From a virus (taxonomy: Duplodnaviria > Caudoviricetes): 55,024 nt of DNA. Position 1 is the stretch's first letter. Every line of letters starts with the position of its first letter. The notes under the pieces were generated by a model. That model searched no databases and was not told where the DNA came from. It saw nothing but the letters and a program-made list of their open reading frames with translations. Where the stretch lies: IMG/VR virus record IMGVR_UViG_3300032285_001218, positions 1 to 55,024 of that record, one strand, 5' to 3'. The position numbers and the translations under genes are program-made. This document shows, piece by piece, positions 8,907 through 18,169 of this stretch.

Positions 8907-9191
8907 ATGAGCAGACCAAAACCCAAAGTACTGTTAGAGTACACTAATAAAAAAACCTATAAAGCCGAGCAAGTTTTAGAGGCAGAAGCCATTTGGGCAG
9001 TTTTTTATAAAAGCGAGCCTTTCAATCTAAAATCGTTTAATAGTCTTACTAGCTATCCTGGCCCAAAATACAAAAAAGTTTCTTTTAGCAATCCTGGACA
9101 TGCACGTAATCTTGCTAAAAAATTGAATCTAACATTTGGAACAGAAGATTTCCAAGTTGTCAAACTAACAAGTGGCACTATTGTTAAATGA
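8907..9191 (+). CDS. basic hypothetical protein
   Basis: 94-aa ORF, YPGPKYKKVSFSNPGHA. Confidence 0.65.
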   Translation: MSRPKPKVLLEYTNKKTYKAEQVLEAEAIWAVFYKSEPFNLKSFNSLTSYPGPKYKKVSFSNPGHARNLAKKLNLTFGTEDFQVVKLTSGTIVK

Positions 9192-9577
9192 TAACAAGAA
9201 CTGCATTGACCAAAATATTTTTACAACAATGGGGTAAAAGTACAGACGATGCTAATATAAACTTGTATAGCCACAAATGGTGGCAATCTAATCGTGTTAA
9301 TAAACCAAATGCATTCCGTTTAAGCGACGAAGGATATGAATTTTTGGTTAAAGAATTGGAACTTAAAGAGTACGAAATCCCATTTACCGAACCAATTGAA
9401 TTGAGTCCACAAACGATTATATTTTTGGAAAGGTATGTTGATTGTCCGTACTATCTTACCAATCAAAGTATAACTGTTTTTGCCGAGAAAAAAGGCTTTG
9501 AATTGATGTTGTTTTCAGACGACATCAGAAAATTTGGTTTGGTTAAGGCCATGAGCGAACGCCAAAAAGAATTATAA
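9188..9577 (+). CDS. hypothetical protein
   Basis: 129-aa ORF, ATGA coupling. Confidence 0.6.
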   Translation: MITRTALTKIFLQQWGKSTDDANINLYSHKWWQSNRVNKPNAFRLSDEGYEFLVKELELKEYEIPFTEPIELSPQTIIFLERYVDCPYYLTNQSITVFAEKKGFELMLFSDDIRKFGLVKAMSERQKEL

Positions 9578-9615
9578 ATTTTGGTTAGTTTGATAAAAAC
9601 TTCTTAAAAAAACAC

Positions 9616-9644
9616 TTGACTCTTCTCCTACTCTGCTGTATAAT
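9616..9644 (+). promoter_or_regulatory. sigma70-type promoter for AAA+ gene
   Basis: TTGACT-17 nt-TATAAT with A-rich upstream tract. Confidence 0.75.
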
Positions 9645-9698
9645 ACATACATAGACAGCGTTAGTTCAACAACACTTTTTTATTAAGATAGGAAATAT

Positions 9699-10790
9699 AT
9701 GAGCGAGATCATTAGCCGTACAGTTGGCCCAAAAAATGCTAAAAAGTCTTTGCGTAAGGCTTTTAAAAATCAGCGTCCAATCTTTATCTGGGGACCCCCA
9801 GGAATTGGTAAGTCTGATATTATTAAACAATTGGGCGAGGAACTTGACGCTCACGTTATCGATGTACGTTTGAGCCTGTGGGAACCTACTGACATTAAAG
9901 GTATTCCTTACTTTGATTCTAATGTCAATAAAATGGTTTGGGCACCTCCTAGCGAATTGCCTGATGAAGAATTTGCTAAACAGCACAAGAAGATTGTACT
10001 GTTCTTGGACGAAATGAACAGTGCCGCACCTAGTGTACAGGCAGCGGCTTATCAGCTAATTTTGAATCGTCGTGTTGGCACTTATAAACTGCCAGAAAAC
10101 GTTGTAATGGTTGCGGCCGGTAACCGTGAAACTGACAAAGGTGTTACATTCCGTATGCCTGCTCCGTTGGCTAACCGTTTTGTTCACTTGGAAATGACTG
10201 TTGAGTGGGATGATTACTTCGAGTGGGCCGCTGAAAATAAGGTCCATAAGGATGTAGTTGGTTTCTTGAGTTTCTCTAAAAAGGATTTGTACGACTTTGA
10301 TCCAAAGTCTAGCTCACGTGCTTTTGCTACTCCACGTAGCTGGTCTTTTGTTTCTGAACTGTTGCACGACGATGATTGCGATAACGACACACTGACTGAT
10401 TTGGTTAGCGGGTCTGTCGGTGAAGGGCTTGCTCTTAAGTTCATGGCACACCGTAAACACTCTAGTAAAATGCCTAACCCTACAGACATTTTGAATGGCA
10501 AAGTTAAGAAAATGGAGTCAAAAGAAATTTCGGCTATGTATTCTTTGACTGTGTCTTTGTGCTACGAATTGAAAGATTCTTGCGATAAAAAGGCCAAGAA
10601 TTGGAACGAACAAGTTAACAACTTCTTCCAATTTATTATGGATAACTTTGAAACAGAATTGGTTATCATGGGTACTAAATTGGCATTGAGCACCTACAAA
10701 TTGCCATTGGATCCAGACGAGATTGAGTGTTTTGACAAGTTCCATGCTAAATTTGGCAAGTACATTGCGGCGGCAACTGACAAGAACTAA
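9699..10790 (+). CDS. MoxR-like AAA+ ATPase
   Basis: Walker A GPPGIGKS, Walker B LFLDE, VAAGN, PLANRF; followed by VWA gene. Confidence 0.9.
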   Translation: MSEIISRTVGPKNAKKSLRKAFKNQRPIFIWGPPGIGKSDIIKQLGEELDAHVIDVRLSLWEPTDIKGIPYFDSNVNKMVWAPPSELPDEEFAKQHKKIVLFLDEMNSAAPSVQAAAYQLILNRRVGTYKLPENVVMVAAGNRETDKGVTFRMPAPLANRFVHLEMTVEWDDYFEWAAENKVHKDVVGFLSFSKKDLYDFDPKSSSRAFATPRSWSFVSELLHDDDCDNDTLTDLVSGSVGEGLALKFMAHRKHSSKMPNPTDILNGKVKKMESKEISAMYSLTVSLCYELKDSCDKKAKNWNEQVNNFFQFIMDNFETELVIMGTKLALSTYKLPLDPDEIECFDKFHAKFGKYIAAATDKN

Positions 10791-10806
10791 TTTGGTTTAG
10801 CACTAT

Positions 10807-10835
10807 TTGACACCTCCTTCGGGAGGTGTTATACT
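10807..10835 (+). promoter_or_regulatory. extended -10 sigma70 promoter whose spacer is a cUUCGg hairpin
   Basis: TTGACA-17 nt-TATACT with TG at 10827-10828; ACACCTCC-TTCG-GGAGGTGT at 10810-10829. Confidence 0.7.
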
Positions 10836-10864
10836 ATATACATAGTAAACATTCAGGAGCAAAT

Positions 10865-12052
10865 ATGTCACACGTAGATCCAATTATTGACAAAATTATC
10901 GTAGCCCGTGTGGGTCTACTACTTCGCCATCCATTCTTTGGCAATATGGCGACACGCCTAAAAATTGAAGAAGGATCAGAGTGGATGGGTACTGCCGCTA
11001 CAGACGGACGCACCATTTATTTCAATCGCAAGTTTTTTGAACCACTCACAGTTAAACAAGTAGAGTTTGTTATTGCACACGAAATTCTTCACAATGTATT
11101 TGATCACATGGGTCGACGTGAAGGTCGTAACGCACGTATTTTTAACATTGCCGCTGACTATTGTGTAAACGGCCAATTAGTTCGTGACCGTATTGGTGAA
11201 CATAATATCGAAGGTATTAAAATCTTCCATGATCCAAAATACTACGGCATGGGTGCAGAAGAAATCTATGATAAGATTTTTGACGAAATGGACGAGCAAG
11301 AATTAGATGCACTTGGCCAATTGCTCGACGATCATATTGACTGGGGTGACAAGGATGCAAATGGTAACAAGCCTAGTTATTCAAAAGAAGAACTGAAACA
11401 AATTCGAGACGAGATCCGCGAAGCAACAATGCAAGCGGCCCAGGCAGCGGGTGCGGGAAATGTTCCGGCTAGTGTACAACGCATGATCAAAGAGTTGACT
11501 GAGCCCAAAATGAACTGGCGTGAAATCCTTCGTCAGCAAATTCAAAGCACTATTAAATATGACTACTCTTTTATGCGTCCTAATCGTAAGGGCTGGCACA
11601 TGAGTGCAATACTGCCTGGATCTGCATACGAAGAAACCATCGATGTGTGTATTGCGATTGACATGTCAGGGTCTATCGGTGATGAGCAGGCTAAAGACTT
11701 CTTGTCAGAAATTAAAGGTATTATGCAAGAATACAAAGACTTTAAAATTAAAGTTTGGTGTTTTGATACTAAAGTCTACAACGAGCAAGACTTTGACGGT
11801 TACTCCATGGATGAGTTTGACAACTATGAAGTTATGGGCGGTGGCGGTACCGAGTTTGATGCAAACTGGGATTACATGAAGGAACATAATATCACTCCTA
11901 AAAAGTTTATTATGTTTACAGACGGTTACCCATACGGTTCATGGGGCGATGAAAACTACTGCGATACTGTATTCATTATACATGGTAATAACAGCATTGT
12001 TCCACCTTGGGGCGAGTTTGCCTATTACGACATGGCTACAGAAACAGCATGA
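10865..12052 (+). CDS. metallopeptidase-VWA protein (DUF2201-like)
   Basis: AATDG, HEILH zincin motif, MIDAS DMSGS, GGGGT, FTDGY; AGGAG at 10855-10859. Confidence 0.85.
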   Translation: MSHVDPIIDKIIVARVGLLLRHPFFGNMATRLKIEEGSEWMGTAATDGRTIYFNRKFFEPLTVKQVEFVIAHEILHNVFDHMGRREGRNARIFNIAADYCVNGQLVRDRIGEHNIEGIKIFHDPKYYGMGAEEIYDKIFDEMDEQELDALGQLLDDHIDWGDKDANGNKPSYSKEELKQIRDEIREATMQAAQAAGAGNVPASVQRMIKELTEPKMNWREILRQQIQSTIKYDYSFMRPNRKGWHMSAILPGSAYEETIDVCIAIDMSGSIGDEQAKDFLSEIKGIMQEYKDFKIKVWCFDTKVYNEQDFDGYSMDEFDNYEVMGGGGTEFDANWDYMKEHNITPKKFIMFTDGYPYGSWGDENYCDTVFIIHGNNSIVPPWGEFAYYDMATETA

Positions 12053-12336
12053 GTCTAAAGAACGGCAAGCCCAATCCCTTAAATTATTTTGATTTGCGGA
12101 GGGTTGAGTTTGCCTGTCCTCATTTCAAATACACTCATTTAGATAGATATAATCCTGCACTTTATAAAAATATCGACGACTGGATTAAAAAGAATCTAAA
12201 TAATCGTTATTACATAGGACAAGGTATTACAGTGGATCGTACAAATACAATCACACATAATACTAAAATAGGATTTGAAAGTGAAAAAGAACTCAGTTTC
12301 TTCACAATTGCCTGTCCACATTTACAGACGAGATAA
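12049..12336 (+). CDS. hypothetical protein
   Basis: ATGA coupling with VWA stop. Confidence 0.6.
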   Translation: MSLKNGKPNPLNYFDLRRVEFACPHFKYTHLDRYNPALYKNIDDWIKKNLNNRYYIGQGITVDRTNTITHNTKIGFESEKELSFFTIACPHLQTR

Positions 12337-12366
12337 ATTATATACGTACTTACTTAAGGAGACATC

Positions 12367-12594
12367 ATGACTGATACTGTACAAGATACTACCCAATCTC
12401 AAGAAACTGCAACTCAAGAGCCTTCAAACGAATTGAATATTAATGATCTAAATGCAATGAAAGTTATTATTGATATTGCCAGTTCACGTGGTGCTTTTAA
12501 GCCTAATGAAATGGTGGCAGTTGGACAAACTTATACCAAGCTGACTTCATTCCTAGATCAGGTTGCCAAGCAAGCTGAAGGGGCAAAGAAATAA
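12367..12594 (+). CDS. hypothetical protein
   Basis: AAGGAG RBS; 75 aa. Confidence 0.65.
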   Translation: MTDTVQDTTQSQETATQEPSNELNINDLNAMKVIIDIASSRGAFKPNEMVAVGQTYTKLTSFLDQVAKQAEGAKK

Positions 12595-13190
12595 TGAGTG
12601 AATTAAAACATGTTGGTAGAGTAAAATCTACTAATAAAAAATGCCTAGTAGCATATCGCACACTACCGGGCGATGCATACTATTGTCTGATTGTTCCAAC
12701 TGAAAATTTGCCCGATGCATATCATGATGCATTGATCAACTTGGTGGAAAGCCATGCTGGTCAAGATGCGTACGAATTTGCAGAAGCAATGGACCGTACA
12801 CAATTTCCAGACGGAAGTCGTATGTTGCCGGCACTACATGCAAGCGGTCGTTTAATTAAAATATCAACCGATGCTGTTGAAATGACACCAACATTGTCAC
12901 AGAGTATTACATTGTCTGAACTAAATCAAATTATTGCAGAACAGCGTGGTGTTCCAATCGACGAGCTGTCTGTTCAACCAAGTTTAGCAGAAGGTAAACG
13001 TACACGAGATTTAGGCGAACCAGTTGCGGCAGAAGAAGTTAAAACTGCAACAGCACCAGTTACTGCTACAATTGAATTAACTCCAGAAGCACAAGCAAAA
13101 GAGTATCGATCCAAAGCAGATAAATTGGCAAAAGAAGCAGCCGCATTTAGACGTATGGCTGAAGAACTAGCACCTACAAAGAAAAAATGA
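12594..13190 (+). CDS. hypothetical protein
   Basis: 198-aa ORF, coupled start. Confidence 0.65.
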   Translation: MSELKHVGRVKSTNKKCLVAYRTLPGDAYYCLIVPTENLPDAYHDALINLVESHAGQDAYEFAEAMDRTQFPDGSRMLPALHASGRLIKISTDAVEMTPTLSQSITLSELNQIIAEQRGVPIDELSVQPSLAEGKRTRDLGEPVAAEEVKTATAPVTATIELTPEAQAKEYRSKADKLAKEAAAFRRMAEELAPTKKK

Positions 13191-13507
13191 CGTCCCAGGG
13201 AAGAATTCTTCCCAAGGATGTCGTTGACCATTGGCCTGAAGTATTCGGTGATATAAAACTTAATGTACTACCAATAAGTTATTTAAATGCAGTACTTGTC
13301 AATTTTAAAGATGGGAAAACTTGGGAAATCCGTGTGACTCCGCAAACCAGAAAAGCTGGTTGGGAATCTTTTGAAAAATCTCTATCTGAGTTGGTAAAGA
13401 ACTACGAGGATAGGATTGACAATGTTGATTTTAAACTAGATACTGAAAAAGTTAAAAGAGATATTAAAAAATCTACCGATAAATTCTTAAAAAAGAAGAA
13501 GTTATAA
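13187..13507 (+). CDS. hypothetical protein
   Basis: 106-aa ORF, coupled start. Confidence 0.6.
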   Translation: MTSQGRILPKDVVDHWPEVFGDIKLNVLPISYLNAVLVNFKDGKTWEIRVTPQTRKAGWESFEKSLSELVKNYEDRIDNVDFKLDTEKVKRDIKKSTDKFLKKKKL

Positions 13508-13510
13508 ATA

Positions 13511-14173
13511 ATGAATGTTCAGCTATTATCCTATTCACAGCCAACCGCAGAATTTGCAAATCTTGGAATCACGGATGCGCAAGAACTCATTGCGTATTGC
13601 GCCCGTGTGTCCAATCCAAGCAATCAATTCAACACAGAAACATCTGAAAAACTCATCAGATACTTGGTCAAACACCAGCACTGGAGCCCACTTGAAATGG
13701 TCAGTGCCTGTATTGAAATCACCACCACCCGAGATATTGCACGACAAATCTTGCGACACAGAAGCTTCAGCTTTCAAGAGTTCAGTCAACGATATGCTGA
13801 CCCAACTAAAGACCTTAACTTTGTTACAAGAGAAGCAAGACTTCAAGATCCAAAAAACAGACAGAACAGCGTCGAAGTGGATGATACAATGTTACAAAAC
13901 AATTGGTACAGAGCTCAACAACGAGTCATCTACGCAGCCAAGCGGGAATACGAATGGGCTATCGCTAATGGCATAGCAAAAGAGCAGGCTCGTGCTGTAT
14001 TGCCTGAAGGTCTTATCGAAAGTAGAATTTACATGAATGGTACACTACGTTCATGGATTCATTTTATTGAATTACGTAGTGCTAATGGTACTCAGAAAGA
14101 ACACCAAGAAGTAGCAATTGCTTGTGCTAAAGTAATTGCCACTGTATTTCCAATGGCAGCTAATCTTACTTAA
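13511..14173 (+). CDS. thyX: flavin-dependent thymidylate synthase
   Basis: HWSPLE, RHRSFSFQEFSQRY, EQARAVLP, NGTLRSWIHFIELR. Confidence 0.95.
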   Translation: MNVQLLSYSQPTAEFANLGITDAQELIAYCARVSNPSNQFNTETSEKLIRYLVKHQHWSPLEMVSACIEITTTRDIARQILRHRSFSFQEFSQRYADPTKDLNFVTREARLQDPKNRQNSVEVDDTMLQNNWYRAQQRVIYAAKREYEWAIANGIAKEQARAVLPEGLIESRIYMNGTLRSWIHFIELRSANGTQKEHQEVAIACAKVIATVFPMAANLT

Positions 14174-15803
14174 AAGTCTCTGGAGGGTGAGTTTCTATGT
14201 GATAATAGAATTCACCCTCTAACCACGAGTCGTCCTCAATCTTGGCGAATGTATCTGGATCGTTTCGATAAGTGTCGCCAAACCATTTGCCAGCACTTGC
14301 CCCGCCACGTGAGTATTCATTTATTCCATGATACAGTAATTTATCTAATCTATCAGCATCAGTAGTAGTGGCAGCTTCTCTAAATGCACTTCTCCAATAA
14401 ACAAACGGATTTATTGCAAACTGTTCCACTGGATTGTTTTCAGTATGCCAATAAAACTCTCCTTCTAGAAATTTATCATCTGTAATTTGTTGCATTTTTT
14501 TGGCATCGTTTTGATAAGTTTCTCCCCACCATTTGCCAGCACTTGCACCACTTAAAGAATATTCATTTATCCCAAAGTAGAGTAATTTATCTAATTTATC
14601 AGCATCAGTAGTGGTGGCAGCTTCTCTAAATGCACTTCTCCAAAAGTTGATTTTTTCGTCCTGTGTTAGTTCGTCTCCTCGTTCTCGTTCTCGTTCTTGT
14701 ACAATAACCGGATCTTCTAAATCTTTAAACGTTTCACTAGGAGGGAACATTTCAATATGTTCATTAAATTGTATTTCTAACCATTCGTAATCATTAATTT
14801 TAGATAAGGCTTCGCGATCATCTTTATATGTTGTTCCGTACCAAGTTCCCGCACTCGCACCGCCTTTAGCATATTCACCAAATTCTTTATCTCCGCCGCA
14901 GTAAAGCCAAGTTTTTAATCTAATTTGAGATTCTGTTAATTCATCTCCAGGCATTACACCACTACTCAATTTTACACATTCTCTAAATGCACTGCGCCAT
15001 GTATTAAACGGGCTTGTATTAAATTTAGTGATATTTGAAACAGTGGGCATAACTTTGAATTTACTGGAAATGCTTGTGGTCATATCAGTACTGTTAACAT
15101 CAAGATTCAATGTTAATTCACGCGGTAATAGTTTTACACCGCCGTTACCATATTCTAATCCGTTTACTGGATTTTGGCTACGCCAGACATGAACAATATC
15201 ATTTTCTTTTTCGGATAACATAGAATTAAATCTAAATTGGGGATCAATAATAGCATCAGCATCGACTACCCAAAACATATTTGTAGTTGCTACTTCGGCA
15301 GCTGCAATATGTGCTTGGTGAATTCCCTTAACACCGTCAATTCTGTGAATATCGTTGTGCTGGACACCAGCATGTCTTATTAGTTTTTCGTAGTTTTCAT
15401 CAGCATATTCTTCGTTATATGCAATAAACACAATGTCATAATATTTTGTATGACTTGCTATTGTATTCATCTTTATCATACCTGAAAAAAATCTATTTTC
15501 TATTTCTTTGTCAGTTACTTCTTTATCTTTAGGAAATAATCCTACAGACGGAAGATTTCTATCGGCACTATTTGGCCAAATATGAACATATTTTTCTTCG
15601 TGAGCCGGTGGACGATAATCAAAATTAAAATTTATATCTACAACCACGTCAGGCCATACTGCCCAAAATAATTTAGTAGTAGATTTTTTTTGAGCTTCTC
15701 TAAACGAACTAGCAGTTTTTGCAAAGGGCCAAGTTTGTTTTAATCTGGCAAAATCTAATTCAGAACTTTTATTATTTCGACTGATAAAAATAATGTCGTA
15801 CAT
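14166..15803 (-). CDS. GT-A glycosyltransferase-like protein with internal repeats
   Basis: YDIVFIAYNE...FWVVDADA (DxD); degenerate N-terminal copy; three WRSAFRE...GASAG repeats. Confidence 0.65.
   Translation of the reverse strand: MYDIIFISRNNKSSELDFARLKQTWPFAKTASSFREAQKKSTTKLFWAVWPDVVVDINFNFDYRPPAHEEKYVHIWPNSADRNLPSVGLFPKDKEVTDKEIENRFFSGMIKMNTIASHTKYYDIVFIAYNEEYADENYEKLIRHAGVQHNDIHRIDGVKGIHQAHIAAAEVATTNMFWVVDADAIIDPQFRFNSMLSEKENDIVHVWRSQNPVNGLEYGNGGVKLLPRELTLNLDVNSTDMTTSISSKFKVMPTVSNITKFNTSPFNTWRSAFRECVKLSSGVMPGDELTESQIRLKTWLYCGGDKEFGEYAKGGASAGTWYGTTYKDDREALSKINDYEWLEIQFNEHIEMFPPSETFKDLEDPVIVQERERERGDELTQDEKINFWRSAFREAATTTDADKLDKLLYFGINEYSLSGASAGKWWGETYQNDAKKMQQITDDKFLEGEFYWHTENNPVEQFAINPFVYWRSAFREAATTTDADRLDKLLYHGINEYSRGGASAGKWFGDTYRNDPDTFAKIEDDSWLEGEFYYHIETHPPETFK
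14282..14643. repeat. intragenic direct repeat, 246-nt period
   Basis: 14282-14397 and 14528-14643 near-identical, encoding WRSAFREAATTTDAD.LDKLLY.GINEYS..GASAGKW. Confidence 0.85.
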
Positions 15804-16702
15804 TATCGTTTCCTTATAATTCTAGGAGTGTTGTTAAACACAGTTTTAAAAAATTTGCTGGATTCTGGACACGGATCAAATAATTCTAATTTACATTCGT
15901 GACTTAATGTTTCTCCCAATCCCATAATTTCATAGGGCAACATTTTGTCTGTAATCTTACTGTACTTTTCTTCCCACTCATTTGTAAGCCAGTCAAAATC
16001 ACGTACATTACTATAATCCCAATCTGTACAATTAGTAAGATAGGCACCTTCCCGTGCACCGTACATACTCCATAGACCATTAGTAACATCTGCACCTATG
16101 TTGCACCATATGAGCAATCTATGATAGTTTTGCCACCATATATTTTTAAGATTAGGAACTTTAGCACCTTGATCCAATGACATTTTTACACCTTCACGGA
16201 ATCCTGCACGCCATGATTGAAACGGTGTTGCATTAGTGTAACTTGTACTGTAATTTTCATTGAACTGATAATACTTGTCATCGAAGCAAAACTCTACCAA
16301 ACCTTTAGTATCGCCAGCATTTGAATTTTCGTGTGTTTTCATTTCATTAACAAACTTGGGTGTCCACATTTTAAGGCCGCCATTACCATACATAAGATCA
16401 TTTACATGTACTTTTCCGCACCAGCTGAATACATGATCAGATGTTAATTTCAATTCATCTAAATCTATTTCAACTTCTAAAAATGCCGGATCAATAATAT
16501 TATCTCCGTCCACCGTGACGAAATATTCAGTCTCACATTTGGCGGCACATGCCTTGTGTGCGGCATCGCTACCTTTGACTCCGTGTACACGTTTTGCCCA
16601 AGGCACTTTAGTTAGTAAATCTGCATAATGCTTCTCTGCATTAGGCTCATCATAACTTAAAAATATAATGTCCTGATCTATAACTTTTATTACTTTGCTC
16701 AT
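15803..16702 (-). CDS. GT-A glycosyltransferase-like protein (paralog of neighbour)
   Basis: DIIFLSYDE, AHKACA, FVTVDGDN, YGNGGLK, WRAGFREGVK. Confidence 0.7.
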   Translation of the reverse strand: MSKVIKVIDQDIIFLSYDEPNAEKHYADLLTKVPWAKRVHGVKGSDAAHKACAAKCETEYFVTVDGDNIIDPAFLEVEIDLDELKLTSDHVFSWCGKVHVNDLMYGNGGLKMWTPKFVNEMKTHENSNAGDTKGLVEFCFDDKYYQFNENYSTSYTNATPFQSWRAGFREGVKMSLDQGAKVPNLKNIWWQNYHRLLIWCNIGADVTNGLWSMYGAREGAYLTNCTDWDYSNVRDFDWLTNEWEEKYSKITDKMLPYEIMGLGETLSHECKLELFDPCPESSKFFKTVFNNTPRIIRKR

Positions 16703-17337
16703 TCTTCAGTTCTCTTCCAAGTTGTTAATCCGTATGATAAAAATAAGGATTTAGTAGATATCGAAATTTTATCTATTTTTTCTTCGACTGTAGTTGTAAA
16801 AGGAACGCATACTTTATCCAATACTAAATCTTTAATATTAATAGTAATTGTTCTAACTAAAAAATCAAAATCAGTTTCTAATGTGATGAAAAAAGTCAAT
16901 GTTTCCATTGGATACTTATTATCATAATACTGTTGTCTAACTTTATCTGATATTAAGAAAATCCACATACTTTCGTTTGGACTCCAATGTACTGTTAATT
17001 CTGTCTGTTTGGTGGGCTTGGCTGTGATCCATTCAAACATGTTATTTTTAAAAAATAACTCTTGTTGCATCCTTGGAACAATTTCCAGGCCTGATTCGCT
17101 ATCAGGATTTTTTGTCCTTGTTACTACCCAGTCTTTAAACTGCTCTATACCTATTGCAAACTTTTCATATAGTGAATAATCTATTATAATACCATGTTCG
17201 TGTTGCTTAATTTCTTCGTTTGAAATGGCTAATATATCGCCAGTTTTAATATCAAAATAACACCTATAAGTTTGTACTATAGGAGTCATTGCAGCCGCAA
17301 TTTCTTCTGGCGTGAGACAATCTTCAATATCTTCCAT
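16699..17337 (-). CDS. hypothetical protein
   Basis: 212-aa ORF within GT cluster. Confidence 0.6.
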   Translation of the reverse strand: MEDIEDCLTPEEIAAAMTPIVQTYRCYFDIKTGDILAISNEEIKQHEHGIIIDYSLYEKFAIGIEQFKDWVVTRTKNPDSESGLEIVPRMQQELFFKNNMFEWITAKPTKQTELTVHWSPNESMWIFLISDKVRQQYYDNKYPMETLTFFITLETDFDFLVRTITINIKDLVLDKVCVPFTTTVEEKIDKISISTKSLFLSYGLTTWKRTEE

Positions 17338-18169
17338 TTGCCAATTCCTTTAATCTATCAAGAATACTGTCTGTTAGGAAATTCTTTTCTACATAATGAA
17401 AAAGTGCGGGTTGTTTAATATTTCCAACAATTAGATTTCCGCTTGAAGTTAATACATATGGAACAGTATCTTGCCAACTTACTGGAGATATTGGCCAGGA
17501 TTGTAATGGTGTTTTCATATGTACAAAATGTAGGGGAGAATTTATATCAAACATATCGTCTTGCATACCAGACATTTCAATTGCAATAGCACTGGCTAAA
17601 TCCATGCTTAACCAAGGCTGATAATCTACAGGTGCAAATTCAGAATATGCCCACTCCCAATTATTACATATAAATTCTAATGCTTTATAAAAAATAAGAC
17701 TTTCATCACATTTTTTAAAGTAATGTAATGCAAAATAAGGATTAGACAAGTTGTTAGAAATAAATGCTTTACGGTGTACAGTATCTATAACTGTTTCCAA
17801 TTTGTAATTTTTAATAGTAGAACAAAATCTAATATTAAAATTCTTACAATAATCCCACCAAGAAGAAACATCATCTAACAGCAACATGTCAGTATCTAAA
17901 ATAATAGTCTCGTCGTATGGACTTGCATGATACAATTTCCAACGATTCTCAACTTTCCATTCTGCATTGGCGGCATCGTCATTTCCCGGAATTGGAATAA
18001 TTTGATCAAACACTGATCTGTATTTTTTTGGAACTTTATCATTCGTAACTAATGATATCATCGATACTGTTTTTTGGCTAGACTTAATAGACAATGCCAA
18101 TGCGTATGCCTGTTTGATATAATCAACAGTATCTGTATTTTGTGCAAGTACTAAAAAACCTTTAGACAC
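17324..18169 (-). CDS. GT-A glycosyltransferase (GT8/mannosyltransferase-like)
   Basis: ALALSIK...SLVT, SPYDETIILDTDM (DxD), late HMK/HY. Confidence 0.7.
   Translation of the reverse strand: MSKGFLVLAQNTDTVDYIKQAYALALSIKSSQKTVSMISLVTNDKVPKKYRSVFDQIIPIPGNDDAANAEWKVENRWKLYHASPYDETIILDTDMLLLDDVSSWWDYCKNFNIRFCSTIKNYKLETVIDTVHRKAFISNNLSNPYFALHYFKKCDESLIFYKALEFICNNWEWAYSEFAPVDYQPWLSMDLASAIAIEMSGMQDDMFDINSPLHFVHMKTPLQSWPISPVSWQDTVPYVLTSSGNLIVGNIKQPALFHYVEKNFLTDSILDRLKELANGRY

Noticed and set aside
10810-10829. Intrinsic terminator call for the UUCG hairpin
   Set aside because: No U-tract on either strand; reported as a promoter-embedded hairpin instead
13503-13510. Perfect TATAAATA before thyX
   Set aside because: Directly abuts the ATG, so a late start would fall inside the ORF; it also includes the upstream stop codon in AT-rich sequence, so probably chance
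14166-14173. 8-nt convergent overlap of thyX and the GT gene without a terminator
   Set aside because: Common in compact phage genomes; no further signal
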